Shown piece after piece: positions 38,601 through 48,244 of a stretch of DNA of 64,000 bases. Location of the stretch: NCBI GenBank assembly GCA_040218735.1, contig JAVJQW010000041.1:320001-384000 (forward strand), read 5' to 3'. Source of the DNA: Deltaproteobacteria bacterium (lineage in GTDB: Bacteria; Myxococcota; Kuafuiibacteriia; Kuafuiibacteriales; Kuafuiibacteriaceae). Numbering within the stretch: position 1 is the stretch's first letter; the number at the start of each line of letters is the position of its first letter. A program made the translations under genes and the position numbers. Below the pieces are notes generated by a model. That model was not told where the DNA came from, made no database searches, and saw nothing but the letters and a program-made list of their open reading frames with translations.

Positions 38601-39439
38601 ACTCGGACTCGGACACGGACACGGATTCGGACTCGGCCTCGGCTTCGGACACGGATTCGGCTTCGGAGACGGACTCGGATTCGGGCTCGGGCTTGGGCTC
38701 GGGCTCGGGCTCGGACACGGACTCGGCAGCGGCATCGCGGACGAAGGCGCCCCCGCCCGCGAAGGCACCCCTGCCCGCGAAGGCGCCTCCGCCATCGAAG
38801 GCACCCCCGCCCCCCAAGCCCAAGCCCTCCTCGATCGCCGGGATCGTCGCGTCCCTCGAGTCGAAGGGGATCGGCGTCACCGCGTCCGAGGGCACCTACC
38901 TCGCGGACGACGGCGCCGGTGGTTCGCTCGCGTTCGACGAGCGGGCGCGCGTGCGGCGGGTGCAGACCCCCGACGCCGAGGGGTTCGTGGTGCAGGCGCG
39001 CTCGAAGGCGCTCACCAGCGTCGGGTGGATCGGGCGCAGCGGTGGCGACCCGTGGCAGGTGCGCGGGTTGTCGGTGAACGACTGCCCCGCGAAGATCCAG
39101 ATCGAGTCGCGCCAGATCGCACTTCGGTACGGCGGCCAAGAGGTGCGCCTCCCGTTGGGCGGTGGTCTGCTCACGGACGTCGAGCTCGCCGTTCCGGATC
39201 GCGCGACGCGGTTGGAGGTGGATCCGCTCGGGCTTTCGTTCGGGGAGCGCGATGCGACGTCGGGGGCGACGCACTGCCGGACGGGCTGGTGGGGCCGTCG
39301 CGTGGTCCTGCGGCGTCTCCCGGTCGGGCGGTACACACTTCGGTGGATAGGGGAGGGGGTCGCGCAGACCGCGACGCTCGACGTCAGCAACGACGGGCTC
39401 ACCGGCGGCAAGCTGGTCCGCCGGACGGGGCGGCCGTAA
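35645..39439 (+). CDS. Ser/Thr kinase: degenerate kinase + active kinase + TM + SD-repeat stalk + C-terminal domain
   Basis: First domain has HGDLG and no DFG. Second has [29 protein letters not shown] '[19 protein letters not shown]'. Confidence 0.9.
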   Translation: MPAPGGELGSERRVVRANADGGISIVRRFRVGADAADRVERLEFVAAQHLVGFVPIDSVELKGDHLEVVERGVPGFTIAEALVHVQEHVTVAVALALVRDIARALLTLHALGASVRYVHGDLGAHTIRITPRGEIRVSGLVGATGDPADDVADLMQLMRIVLEGRARTKEGALLLDRLTALTFTNGHDLAHSIDVYLARQDADSVARKRQRFATDMLARLSEATGERFVPPGDRQASDTQWGALGPEIDYSRFDDDESLPTMGEADLADLEDAESTSTAVDEIPDLSAPLMETVEAAPLQIDLNRSRADSLGRALVPPSVLEEIDVPTSEHEIDEAVRVGLLGRASTSQLPSAPRVGDYQVLASIGRGGMGEIYLARGKGVKDLVALKVLSAADEDDEEALDMLLDEAAIMARIRHPNVLRVVDFGRAQGRYYLATEYLEGRPLVRVMIDAYNRENNLDDAVIAAVGADVANGLFAAHTATNEQGEPLEVVHRDVSPQNIFVTYRGVSKVIDFGVAKATERVSKTEVGFVKGKAAYMSPEQAEGRSLDAKSDVFSLGVCLWEMRAGQRLFKRDNEYDTLLAVQSATIPPPSSMRGKPNPVLDHIILGALERNLDKRTASAQQLARQLIDYATGVGVTHRSQVVSGLLERLFGSVAAQERALIVQLEEGGASREDAQALEALSGVSHRTNVKRITMVAEPESLSELDDFGTERPDGENTGEHVMERVHRIQLERSGSREAAETDPPDELDELDELDDFEALESASPEGDTRDNVAIYRQETPTEERGRLDAGPTRRLDSDIFNGLGLEEASGDFVPLGGDEGPTFDGADRVPAVAAGAKPPKRRKTIVWALLSLLLIPLFALVGWAGVRYWPQLRDGDLMGGDFDPLAGRTAPEPLRAATATVTTSSAAETTELARVEAFEARDEAPSAPGGDADSETGAETVTDSDPDPDTDSDADSDSDADSDSDADSDSDADSDSDSDSDSDSDSDSDTDTDSDSASASDTDSASETDSDSGSGLGSGSGSDTDSAAASRTKAPPPAKAPLPAKAPPPSKAPPPPKPKPSSIAGIVASLESKGIGVTASEGTYLADDGAGGSLAFDERARVRRVQTPDAEGFVVQARSKALTSVGWIGRSGGDPWQVRGLSVNDCPAKIQIESRQIALRYGGQEVRLPLGGGLLTDVELAVPDRATRLEVDPLGLSFGERDATSGATHCRTGWWGRRVVLRRLPVGRYTLRWIGEGVAQTATLDVSNDGLTGGKLVRRTGRP
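38473..38820 (+). repeat. Coding tandem repeats: Asp-Ser dipeptide tract followed by KAPPP repeats
   Basis: 18-bp unit GGACGCGGACTCGGATTC x4 (38503..38574), then GAYTCG hexamers, then four KAP[PL]P units. Confidence 0.9.
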
Positions 39440-39511
39440 CCCTGATCGATCGCGGTGTGTCCTGGATCGTTGTGGCCCGAGGCGCCTGGGGCGTAACTTG
39501 GTCCGCGTCCC

Positions 39512-40546
39512 ATGTCGCTCACGCGCATCTTTCGACGGCGGGCCGACTTGCTCGGGCCGGGCCAGAATCAGCAAACCGCCGTCGTCGAGAACCCGATGCT
39601 CGCGTCGTCGGCGGCGCCGCCGAAGCTCGACGCCGAGAAGCTCTTCGTCGATCGCTACCCGGTGATCCGCCGCGCGCTCGAAGCGCACCGTGAGCTCGGC
39701 GTCCTGCTCTTCGCGTTCGACGAAGGCGCGTCCGCGATCGGTCACGTGTGGCTGCGCGCCTCACTCGACAAGACGCGCGCGACCGTCGTCGGACGCCACA
39801 CCATGTGCGGACTCGTGATGCCACGAGACCGCACCGAGATCGCGCTGCGCCACGTGATGTTCTTGGTCCGCGCGACGTCGCACTCCGAGGTTCGCGTGCG
39901 CGCGATCGACCTGCACACCAAGACCGCGTTCGGCGACGAAGAGGGCCGCGTCCTCCAGTCGGTGATGACCGAGGGGCCGATGTTCCTCTCCGTCGGCGGC
40001 GTGCGCCTCGTCGTGCTCCCCACCGAGGGCGAGCTCCCGATCCCCACGTCGGGTGAAGAAGCCTACGGCTGCCTCCCGGACCGCGTCTTCTTCGACGAAC
40101 GACACGGCACCGCGGGCAACGTCGAGCGCCACGCCGACGCGCCGCTCTCCGGCATCGAAGGCGGCGCGACCCTCGTGCGCTCCAAACAGGGTCCGCTCGC
40201 CGCGGCCGGTGAGCTATGCAAGGCCGACGAGGCGCCGCGCGCTTCGATCACCGTGCGCGCGTTCGCCGGCCCCGTGCGCCGTGAGCTCGGGGACACCGCG
40301 CTCGACTGCGGCGTGTTGTTCGGGCGCTACCAGCGCTGCGACGTCGGCCCCACGCTCGACGAGGACAGCCGCCTGTCGCGCGTCCACCTGATGATGATCC
40401 GCGACGGCGACGACATCGTCGCCATCGACACGAGCAGCACCAACGGCACCTTCGTCGACGGGCGCTCGGTGTCCGTGCTGCCCCTCGAAGACGGCTACGT
40501 CCTCGACCTCGCCGGCGAGCTCGAAGTCGCCTGGCACCACTCATGA
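39512..40546 (+). CDS. FHA-domain protein (C-terminal FHA, probable second degenerate FHA)
   Basis: 'FGRYQRCD...LSRVH...DTSSTNGTFVDG'. Earlier 'VGRHTMCGL...IALRH'. Confidence 0.85.
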   Translation: MSLTRIFRRRADLLGPGQNQQTAVVENPMLASSAAPPKLDAEKLFVDRYPVIRRALEAHRELGVLLFAFDEGASAIGHVWLRASLDKTRATVVGRHTMCGLVMPRDRTEIALRHVMFLVRATSHSEVRVRAIDLHTKTAFGDEEGRVLQSVMTEGPMFLSVGGVRLVVLPTEGELPIPTSGEEAYGCLPDRVFFDERHGTAGNVERHADAPLSGIEGGATLVRSKQGPLAAAGELCKADEAPRASITVRAFAGPVRRELGDTALDCGVLFGRYQRCDVGPTLDEDSRLSRVHLMMIRDGDDIVAIDTSSTNGTFVDGRSVSVLPLEDGYVLDLAGELEVAWHHS

Positions 40547-42003
40547 GCCGCGCGGGGCGCGTTCGTCATCGGCTCGAGGCACCGCGCTGGCCATCCGAAG
40601 CGGAGGCGCGTTTGTCGCGGCTCTTCTCGCCGATCGACGTCGGCCCGGTGCACCTCACTTCGCGCACGTGGGTGCCCGCGATGGTGCCGTGGCGCGCGCA
40701 GGAGTCGGGCGAGGTCACCGAGGCGCTGCTCGAATGGTACGGCCGGTTCGCGGAGGGGCGCCCCGGCGCGATCGTCGTGGAGGCGACGGGCATCCGCGAC
40801 ATCCCGAGCGGGCCGCTGCTTCGTATCGGTGACGACCGGTTCGTCGATGGGTTGTCGCGCCTCGTCCAGACGGTGCGCGAGCGCAGCGGTGGCGCCACGC
40901 GGCTGTTCATCCAGCTGATCGACTTCCTCAGCGTCAAGCGGCGACCGCCGGCCGAGAAGTTCTTTCGCCGGTTCCTCCGGATCGACGCGCGTCACCGCGA
41001 ACGGCTCGAAGCGATCGACGAACGTGATTGGGGCGACGCGACCGACGAAGAGGTCCGCGAGCGCCTCCTCACCGACGAAGCGATCTGGCCGCATGTGCTC
41101 TCACCGCGTGAGTTCGAAGACCTGACCTACGGCTACCGCGAGCGCGTCACGGACATGCACCTGCCGCACGTCCGCGCGCTGCCTCAGACGTTGCCGCCGC
41201 TGTTCGCCGCCGCCGCCGCGCGCGCCGAGCGCGCCGGGTTCGACGGCGTGGAGCTGCACTTCGCGCACGCGTACACGATGTCGTCGTTCCTCTCCCGCAC
41301 CAACGATCGCGACGACGGCTACGGCGGCTCGCGCGAAGCGCGGGTCAGGCTCCCGCTCGAGGTCTACGCGGCGACGCGCGCTGCGCTCTCGGAGCGCGTC
41401 GCGTTGGGGTGTCGTTTCCTGAGCGACGAGGTCATCGCCGGCGGCAGCCGCGTCGAGGACGCGATGTACTACGGCGCGCGGTTCGCGCAGGCCGGGATGG
41501 ACTTCCTCTCCCTGTCCAAGGGCGGCAAGTTCGACGACGCGAAGGTCCCCCGTGTCGGGCAGGCCGTCTATCCGTACACCGGGCCGAGCGGGCACGAGTG
41601 CATGCCGACGATCTATTCAGACGAACGCGGCCCCCTCGGACGTCACCTCCCGCTGACGAAGCAGATCCGCGCCGCGGTCCGTGACGCCGGGTGTTCGACC
41701 CCCGTCGTCGCGGCCGGCGCGCTCAACACGTTCGACCTCGCCGAGGGCGCGCTCGCGGACGGCGCCTGCGACATCGTCGCGGCGGCGCGCCAATCCCTCG
41801 CGGACCCCGACTGGTGGGAGAAGATGCGAACGGGGCAGGGCGACGCGGTTCGCACCTGCGCGCTCACCAACTACTGCGAGGGCCTCGACCAGCAGCACAA
41901 ACAGGTGACGTGCCGCCTCTGGGACCGCGACTTCTCCGCGGGCGACGATCCGATGCGCTCCACCGACGGCAAACGCCGCCTCGTGGCGCCGCCCTGGCGG
42001 TAG
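40543..42003 (+). CDS. NADH:flavin oxidoreductase (Old Yellow Enzyme family)
   Basis: 'AERAGFDGVELHFAHAY', 'NDRDDGYGGS', 'AARQSLADPDW', and C-terminal CxxxNxC..C. Confidence 0.9.
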   Translation: MSRAGRVRHRLEAPRWPSEAEARLSRLFSPIDVGPVHLTSRTWVPAMVPWRAQESGEVTEALLEWYGRFAEGRPGAIVVEATGIRDIPSGPLLRIGDDRFVDGLSRLVQTVRERSGGATRLFIQLIDFLSVKRRPPAEKFFRRFLRIDARHRERLEAIDERDWGDATDEEVRERLLTDEAIWPHVLSPREFEDLTYGYRERVTDMHLPHVRALPQTLPPLFAAAAARAERAGFDGVELHFAHAYTMSSFLSRTNDRDDGYGGSREARVRLPLEVYAATRAALSERVALGCRFLSDEVIAGGSRVEDAMYYGARFAQAGMDFLSLSKGGKFDDAKVPRVGQAVYPYTGPSGHECMPTIYSDERGPLGRHLPLTKQIRAAVRDAGCSTPVVAAGALNTFDLAEGALADGACDIVAAARQSLADPDWWEKMRTGQGDAVRTCALTNYCEGLDQQHKQVTCRLWDRDFSAGDDPMRSTDGKRRLVAPPWR

Positions 42004-42031
42004 ACGCCGTGCCGCCCTAAGCTCGCGGCCG

Positions 42032-43432
42032 GTGGTCTACGATCTGATCGTCATCGGCGGTGGGCCGACGGGTGAAAAGGCGGCGGTCGCCGCCGCGTTC
42101 TTCGACAAGAAGGTGGCGCTCGTCGAGCGCGCGTCGGCGGGGCCCGGGGGTGCGATGGTCCACACCGGCACGCTCCCGTCGAAGACGCTGCGCGAGACCG
42201 CGCTCTACCTCACGGGCTCGCGCAGCCGCGAGCTGTACGACGAGTTCTTCCAGGGCATCCCGGACGACCGGCGGAACGCGAAGGCGCTGATGTGTCGGCT
42301 GCCGACGGTGACGGGGCTGCAGGCGGATCAGATCGAGCAGAACCTCGAGCGACACGGGGTGGAGCTGATCGCGGGCGAGGGGGTGTTGGTCGATGCGACC
42401 CACGTCCGCGTCGGCGACCGAGTCCTCGAAGCGAAGAACTTCCTCATCGCCACCGGTTCGTCACCGCGCCGCCCGGCGGGGTTCGACTTCGACGACCCCG
42501 AGGTGCACGACAGCGACACCATCCTCGAGCTGGAGCGCCTGCCGAAGTCGTTCGCGATCATCGGCGGAGGCGTGATCGGCTCGGAGTACGCGTGTGTCTT
42601 CAGCGCGTTCGGCTGCAAGATCGAAGTCATCGAGAAACGTCCGCGGCTGATGTCGTTCCTCGACGAAGCGATCAGCGACGCGCTCATGGCGTCGATGGAG
42701 AAGAGCGGCATCGCGCTGCACCTCGACGACGGCGTGGAGCGCGTCGAGCGCGTCGGCGACAAACTCCAGCTCACGCTCGTGAGCGGCAAGGTGATGGAGG
42801 TCGACCAGGTGATGGTCTCCGCCGGGCGCGTCGGTAACACGTCGGGGCTCGGGCTGGAGGCGGTCGGCGTCGCGCTCGACGAGCGCAAGCTCGTTATCGT
42901 CGACGAGCACCTCCGCACGAACGTGCCGAACATCTACGCGGGCGGCGACGTGATCGGCCGCCCCGCGCTCGCCTCCACCGCGATGGAGCAGGGGCGCCTC
43001 GCGGTGGCGGCGATGTTCGGGTTGGAGATCCCGCCGCGCGACTTCGACACGATCCCCGCGGGCATCTACACCATCCCCGAGGCGTGCGCCTGCGGCCAGA
43101 CCGAGCAGGAGCTGGTGGCGAAGGGCATCCCGGTCGTCACCGGCACCTCGTACATGCGCCACAACGCCCGCGGGCAGATCATCGGAGACACCGACGGCTT
43201 CGTGAAGCTGGTCTTCCACCGCGACACCAAGAAGCTCCTCGGCACCCACATCATCTGCGAGCGCGCCACAGAGCTGATCCACGTGGGCCAGGCGGTGCAG
43301 CGCCTCGGCGGCGGCATCGACTACTTCATCGAGGCGGTCATGAGTTACCCGTCGCTCACCGTCGCCTACAAGTACGCGGCGTACGACGCGCTCGGGAAGT
43401 TGATGGGGCGGACGATTCACCCCCTGGAGTGA
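42032..43432 (+). CDS. sthA: Soluble pyridine nucleotide transhydrogenase
   Basis: 'YDLIVIGGGPTGEKAA', 'HTGTLPSKTLRE', 'IGSEYA', 'PALASTAMEQGR', 'YPSL..AYKYAAYD'. Confidence 0.88.
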   Translation: MVYDLIVIGGGPTGEKAAVAAAFFDKKVALVERASAGPGGAMVHTGTLPSKTLRETALYLTGSRSRELYDEFFQGIPDDRRNAKALMCRLPTVTGLQADQIEQNLERHGVELIAGEGVLVDATHVRVGDRVLEAKNFLIATGSSPRRPAGFDFDDPEVHDSDTILELERLPKSFAIIGGGVIGSEYACVFSAFGCKIEVIEKRPRLMSFLDEAISDALMASMEKSGIALHLDDGVERVERVGDKLQLTLVSGKVMEVDQVMVSAGRVGNTSGLGLEAVGVALDERKLVIVDEHLRTNVPNIYAGGDVIGRPALASTAMEQGRLAVAAMFGLEIPPRDFDTIPAGIYTIPEACACGQTEQELVAKGIPVVTGTSYMRHNARGQIIGDTDGFVKLVFHRDTKKLLGTHIICERATELIHVGQAVQRLGGGIDYFIEAVMSYPSLTVAYKYAAYDALGKLMGRTIHPLE

Positions 43433-43568
43433 CGCCTCCACCGGGTCGACCGACCGGGGCGGTCAAGGTCGCGCGCCGCGTGGGTACGGGCGCCCGATCG
43501 GAACGACACGGTGTGATCGATGTCTCTGGACTCCTCCGCGGGTGTGGCGTTCGATCGTTCGCACGAAC

Positions 43569-44756
43569 ATGAACCGCCCCCCCGTCGAGGCCTTGGTCTC
43601 ACTCGGCAGCCCTGCCTCGTCGGCGCCGCACGTGCTTCACGTGTTTCCTTCCTACGCGCTGGGCGGCGTTCCGATTCGCTTCGCGACGATCCTCAATCAC
43701 CTCGGTCCGCGTTACCGCCACACCATCTGCGCGCTCGATGGCAACCACGCGGCGTCGGTGCGCCTCGACCGCGCGCTGCACGTTCGGCTGATCGATCCGA
43801 GCATCGACAAACGGCGGCCGCTCGCGTCGCTCATGCGGATTCACGGGACGCTGCGGCACGAGCGGCCGAGCCTCCTCGTCACGCACAACTGGGGGGCCAT
43901 CGAGTGGGCGCTCGTCCGCGGCTTGCTGCGGGACCGCGTCCCGCACGTCCACTGCGAGAGCGGCTTCGACTCCGACGAATCGGATCGCCAGCTGCCCCGG
44001 CGTGTCCGACTGCGCCGCCTCGCGCTGTCGGGGCGCTCGACCCTCGTCGTCCCGTCGGAGTCGTTGCTGCGGATCGCGCGCGACGTGTGGCGCATCGACC
44101 GTCGTCGCATTCGCCACATCCCGAACGGCGTGGACTGCGAACGCTTCGGCGGCCTCGGTAACTCGAGCGCCGCGACCGGCTTCGTTCCGCGACCGGAGGA
44201 GCTGGTCATCGGGACCGTCGCGCCGCTGCGCAAGGTGAAGAACGTAGGCCGCCTGATCCGCTGCTTCGCGAAGGTCGCGCCCCGCTTCCCGACCGCACGT
44301 CTGCTCGTCGTCGGCGAGGGTGTGGATCGGCCGGCGCTCGAACAACTCGCCCAAGAGCTGGGCGTTGCGGAGCGTACCCACTTCACCGGGCACGTCGAAC
44401 GACCGCAGGACGTCTACCCGTTGATGAACGTCTTCGCGCTGACGTCCGACACCGAGCAGATGCCCAACACCGTCCTGCAGGCGATGGCCGCCGGGCGTGC
44501 CGTCGCGAGCGTCGACGTCGGCGACGTGAAGTCGATGCTCTCGATCGACAATCGCCGGTTCGTGGTCGCCCGTCCCGACGAGGACGCGCTCGCCGAAACC
44601 CTCGCCAAGCTCCTCGATGACGCCGCGCTGCGGACCCGGCTGGGCGCCGCCAACCGGGTCCATGTCCGCGCCCACTACGGGCAGTCCCGCATGTTTTCGG
44701 CCTACGAGGACCTGTTTTCGAGCTCGATCGCGCCCTCGGGCCGCCTCCGGCGCTGA
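43569..44756 (+). CDS. Glycosyltransferase family 4
   Basis: 'THNWGAIE', 'IPNGVD', 'SDTEQMPNTVLQAMAAG'. Confidence 0.9.
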   Translation: MNRPPVEALVSLGSPASSAPHVLHVFPSYALGGVPIRFATILNHLGPRYRHTICALDGNHAASVRLDRALHVRLIDPSIDKRRPLASLMRIHGTLRHERPSLLVTHNWGAIEWALVRGLLRDRVPHVHCESGFDSDESDRQLPRRVRLRRLALSGRSTLVVPSESLLRIARDVWRIDRRRIRHIPNGVDCERFGGLGNSSAATGFVPRPEELVIGTVAPLRKVKNVGRLIRCFAKVAPRFPTARLLVVGEGVDRPALEQLAQELGVAERTHFTGHVERPQDVYPLMNVFALTSDTEQMPNTVLQAMAAGRAVASVDVGDVKSMLSIDNRRFVVARPDEDALAETLAKLLDDAALRTRLGAANRVHVRAHYGQSRMFSAYEDLFSSSIAPSGRLRR

Positions 44757-44760
44757 TCCC

Positions 44761-44788
44761 GCAACGCGACGGGTCATTCCGCCGATAA
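44761..44788 (+). promoter_or_regulatory. sigma28/FliA-like promoter upstream of PLD
   Basis: GCAAC-N15-GCCGATAA, 30 nt before the ATG at 44819. Confidence 0.6.
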
Positions 44789-44818
44789 CGTCAGGGGCGC
44801 TCAGCGCTCGTCACGGTC

Positions 44819-46735
44819 ATGAGCGTCTCGAAGACGGAGGGTACGCAGCGGCGGGCGCGGGTTCAGGTCGCGGCCCCCACCGTGTTGCCCAAGGTCGTGC
44901 GCCCGGACGAGGTGCTGGCCACCGACGCCAACGGCGCGCTCTTCGCGGCCAACGAAAACGTGCGCCGTACGCGTCGCGCCGACGACGCCACGGTCGCGCA
45001 GCCCGCGCAGCTCCGGGTGTTGTCGGAGGGCATCATCGGGCCACCGCCGCCCGCCGCGAACATCGACGCTCCCGCCCTCGACCGCGTCGCGCCCCCGATC
45101 CTCGAGCAGCAGTCGTTCCTGCGTTCGACGTTCGAGTCGCTCGCGCCGAAGACCACCCGCGCGACGCTGCGGTTCCTCAACAAAAACGTCGATGCGTGGC
45201 TCGGCGTTTGGCATGTCCTGAACAAAGCCGTCGGCGGGGTCGACGCGAGTTACTTCATCCTGGAGCGCGACATCTTCGGCATGTCGTTCCTCGGCGGCCT
45301 CCTCTCGAAGACGATGCAGGGCGACCCGGTCCGGCTCCTCGTCGACTCCGCGGGTGACTACCTGCGCATGAAAGGCTTCACGCTCCCGACGCGAGGCGGC
45401 GACTACCTGCAGGAGCTCGTCGAACACGGCGCCGAGGTGCGCATCTACAACCCGATGCACAAGAAGCTCCTGAACCTGCTGTTCGGGGGCTTCAACTTGT
45501 CGGCGGTCGCGAACAACCACGACAAGCTCGTGCGCTCCAAGACGATGGCGGAGACCGGCGGCCGCAACCTCGCCGCCGACTACCAGTCGGACCCCGACGC
45601 GCTCGACGAACCGGTCTATCGCGACACGTGTGTCCTCATCGAGAGCGAGGAGACGTCGAAGGAGCTGGAGGTCGCGTTCGAGCGCGAGTTCTACCAGGAG
45701 CACGTCACCTTCAAGCAGTTCAAGGACCTATTCGGGAACTGGCGCAAACGCGACGGCGAGCTGATCGGCGCGTACTGCATGATGGACGGTTGGGTGAAGG
45801 GCGACCTCGGTCTGTCGCGCGCCGCGATCGTCGCCGCGCGCACCGACAAGGCCGTGGCCAAGCGCCTCGCGGATCGCCTCGTCGAGATCGCGTTGGAGCG
45901 GATGCCCGCCGCGGGGTGTACGCGCAAGGTCGGGTGGCTGACGAAGCGATCGCTGCGCCGGTCGGCGCGTCAGCTCGTGAACCACACGGCGCTGTACGGC
46001 AGCTACGACGGGTTCGTCGCGGGTGAAAAACACGAAGACGTCGAAGTGAAGGTGCTCGACCGCCTCTCGGCGGCGGCGAACCAAAAGCGCGACCAACTCA
46101 CCCACGCGATTCGCGTCGCCGCGCTCTCCGCGACGAAGTCCATCCGCATCCACAACCCGTACGTGACGCTCAGCGAGGAGGCGATCGCCTGCCTCGAGCA
46201 GGCCGGGCGCCGCGGTGTGAAGATCGAGCTGCTCACGAACAGCCCCGCGAGCACGGACAACCGCGTCACCCAGGCGCTCTTCCTCGAAGACTGGCCGCGC
46301 CTCGCCGCGCGCATCCCGAACCTCTCGATCTTCGTCCTCGCAGGAGACCAGAAGTTGCACGCGAAGAGCATCGAGGTCGACGACGTGATGACCTTCGTGA
46401 AGTCGTACAACCTCGACCTGTTGAGTGAGTGTGTGAACAGCGAGCTCGGCATCGTCGCGTGGTCGGAGTCGTTCGCGAAGGCCGCGGGGCATGCGTTCGA
46501 CGGCGACATCTCGGATCCGCGCCACAACGTCGTCCAGTACCGCATCGAGCGCGACGCGAAGGGGCGCCCGGTCTACGACGAAGACGGCGAGCCGAAGGTC
46601 GCGTTCGGCGCCAAGGACCACATCCCCGAGAAGGCCTGGCGACGTTACCGCTGGTGGCGCAGGGGCGTGCGTTTGATGCGCAAGCTCCCGCTGTTCCGAT
46701 CGCACCAGCGACCGGCGCTCCCCGCTCAGATCTGA
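44819..46735 (+). CDS. Phospholipase D / cardiolipin-synthase-like protein with long N-terminal leader
   Basis: Motifs 'NHDKLVRSK...GGRN' (degenerate) and 'LHAKSIEVD...SYNLD' (canonical); also 'LLTNSPASTDN'. Confidence 0.85.
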   Translation: MSVSKTEGTQRRARVQVAAPTVLPKVVRPDEVLATDANGALFAANENVRRTRRADDATVAQPAQLRVLSEGIIGPPPPAANIDAPALDRVAPPILEQQSFLRSTFESLAPKTTRATLRFLNKNVDAWLGVWHVLNKAVGGVDASYFILERDIFGMSFLGGLLSKTMQGDPVRLLVDSAGDYLRMKGFTLPTRGGDYLQELVEHGAEVRIYNPMHKKLLNLLFGGFNLSAVANNHDKLVRSKTMAETGGRNLAADYQSDPDALDEPVYRDTCVLIESEETSKELEVAFEREFYQEHVTFKQFKDLFGNWRKRDGELIGAYCMMDGWVKGDLGLSRAAIVAARTDKAVAKRLADRLVEIALERMPAAGCTRKVGWLTKRSLRRSARQLVNHTALYGSYDGFVAGEKHEDVEVKVLDRLSAAANQKRDQLTHAIRVAALSATKSIRIHNPYVTLSEEAIACLEQAGRRGVKIELLTNSPASTDNRVTQALFLEDWPRLAARIPNLSIFVLAGDQKLHAKSIEVDDVMTFVKSYNLDLLSECVNSELGIVAWSESFAKAAGHAFDGDISDPRHNVVQYRIERDAKGRPVYDEDGEPKVAFGAKDHIPEKAWRRYRWWRRGVRLMRKLPLFRSHQRPALPAQI

Positions 46736-47583
46736 AGCGGACGAATCCGCGCGGGGTCCTGGCTCTGCAGGAACGCGTCGTCCGCGGCGTACAGCTCGGA
46801 CTCGTGCACGACGACGACCTGCGTGTCCTCGCCGAGCTGACCCGCGAGCATCTTCAGCACGATGCGTTCGTCCGCGTGCATCGATTCGTTCGGTGCGAGG
46901 CACCTCAAGTGCCACTTCTTCGGGCCGAGCTCGATGGTGCCGTCGATGCGGAGCTGGTGCAGCCCGATCTGCATGCGCTCGCCGACCTCGACGAGCTTTC
47001 CGCCGGGCGCGAGCGTCGTCATCGCCGTGCGGATCGCGCGTGGTTTGAAGAGGAGCGCGGCGATCGCGTCGTCGGCGCGGGCGTCGGTCAGCGCGTCGAA
47101 CAGCGTCGAGGCGTCGGCGACGCGCGGGTCGTTGAAGCGCAGGCGAACGAAGGCGCTGCCGGCGCCGGTCTCCTCGAGGATCTTGTTCGTCTCGCGCTCG
47201 TCGATCCCGAACCCCTGCGCGAGGGACAAGAGAATCGCGCGCTCCTCCTCGGCGAGCTGCCGGTCGGCGCCGATCACCCGAGCGGCGAGAGCGATCGACT
47301 GGCGGCGTCGGAACGGATCCGCGAGCTGCTCCTCGACCGCACGGCGCGCGTCCCCGAACAGCGGCGCGTCCTCCGCGAGGACCTTCGCGCGCTCCAAAAT
47401 CCAATCCCAGGAGATCCCGGCGAGCTCGTCCTCCTCGCGCATCGCGCGGGCCAGGCCGTCGCGCTCCCCCTCGGACAACGCGCCGTCCGCGAGCGCGGTC
47501 ATGAGGACGACGTCGGCCAGCAGCTCCCGCTCGGGGCGTCCGGAAGAGAACAGCGAGGACCAAAAGCCGGGCAAGACGTCCAT
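46726..47583 (-). CDS. TerB-like domain protein with additional C-terminal domain
   Basis: 'TALADGALSEGERD' and 'IGADRQLAEEERAIL' paired motifs. ATG at 47583. Confidence 0.7.
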   Translation of the reverse strand: MDVLPGFWSSLFSSGRPERELLADVVLMTALADGALSEGERDGLARAMREEDELAGISWDWILERAKVLAEDAPLFGDARRAVEEQLADPFRRRQSIALAARVIGADRQLAEEERAILLSLAQGFGIDERETNKILEETGAGSAFVRLRFNDPRVADASTLFDALTDARADDAIAALLFKPRAIRTAMTTLAPGGKLVEVGERMQIGLHQLRIDGTIELGPKKWHLRCLAPNESMHADERIVLKMLAGQLGEDTQVVVVHESELYAADDAFLQSQDPARIRPLQI

Positions 47584-47637
47584 CGAACGGTAACGAAGGG
47601 TCGAAACGCCGGCAAGGTGGTGTACGTTCATGGATCG

Positions 47638-48204
47638 ATGGGCGACGGACAGCAGCTCGAGGCGCTGGTGAAGAGCCTCGTCGGGCAGCCTTGTTGGAGC
47701 GCGGTGGCCGGCGACGCGGACGACTACGCGTTGGTCCTCGACTTCGGCGAAAAACACCGGCGGTCCCTCCGGCTCGCGAACCCGGAGCTGACGTTTCTGC
47801 AACGTACGTACGAGGGGAGCCACAGCCTCCTCGTCGAGTGTCCGTGGCGGATCGACGCGCCGTTCGGCGTGGCCGTGTCGTGTTTCGATGCGAGACGCGA
47901 GGACGGCAAGGCGAAGGATGCGTTGGACCAGCTCCTCGGCCGCGAGGTCGTGGCGGTCGACACGGCCTGGCCCGGGTTCGACCTGACGTTGCGGCTGACG
48001 GACGGGTGGGCCGTGCGGGTGTTCTGTATCGAGGTCGACGAAAAGAGCGGTCGCAAGAACTGGCACTGCTGGACGCCGGGCGGTCTCGTGGTCGTCGGTC
48101 CACGTTCCCGCGTGGAGCTCGCGACGTCGGCGGAGGCCAAGAAGGCCTTCGAACAGCTCCGTTTGGCGCCGTTCGAGGGGTTCGACCCCGGCGACGACGA
48201 ATGA
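47638..48204 (+). CDS. Hypothetical protein
   Basis: Coding-like composition from ATG 47638 ('LVLDFGE', 'LLVECPWRID', 'FDLTLRL'). Confidence 0.65.
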   Translation: MGDGQQLEALVKSLVGQPCWSAVAGDADDYALVLDFGEKHRRSLRLANPELTFLQRTYEGSHSLLVECPWRIDAPFGVAVSCFDARREDGKAKDALDQLLGREVVAVDTAWPGFDLTLRLTDGWAVRVFCIEVDEKSGRKNWHCWTPGGLVVVGPRSRVELATSAEAKKAFEQLRLAPFEGFDPGDDE

Positions 48205-48244
48205 GTGACAACGCGGGGCATTTCGGTTACCCGCGACTGCACCG

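Noticed and set aside
38473-38726. Possible CRISPR array or non-coding satellite
   Set aside because: The tandem 6/18-bp units have no unique spacers, are in frame within a CDS, and no cas genes are present.
35195-39745. 1516-aa minus-strand ORF with RVRIRVR repeats
   Set aside because: It is the antisense shadow of the kinase gene. The Arg-rich repeat is the SD tract read on the other strand.
43569-44756. GT4 as an SdgA/B-like glycosylase of the kinase SD repeats
   Set aside because: Only proximity supports this. The sequence looks like a generic polysaccharide GT4 and three genes lie in between.
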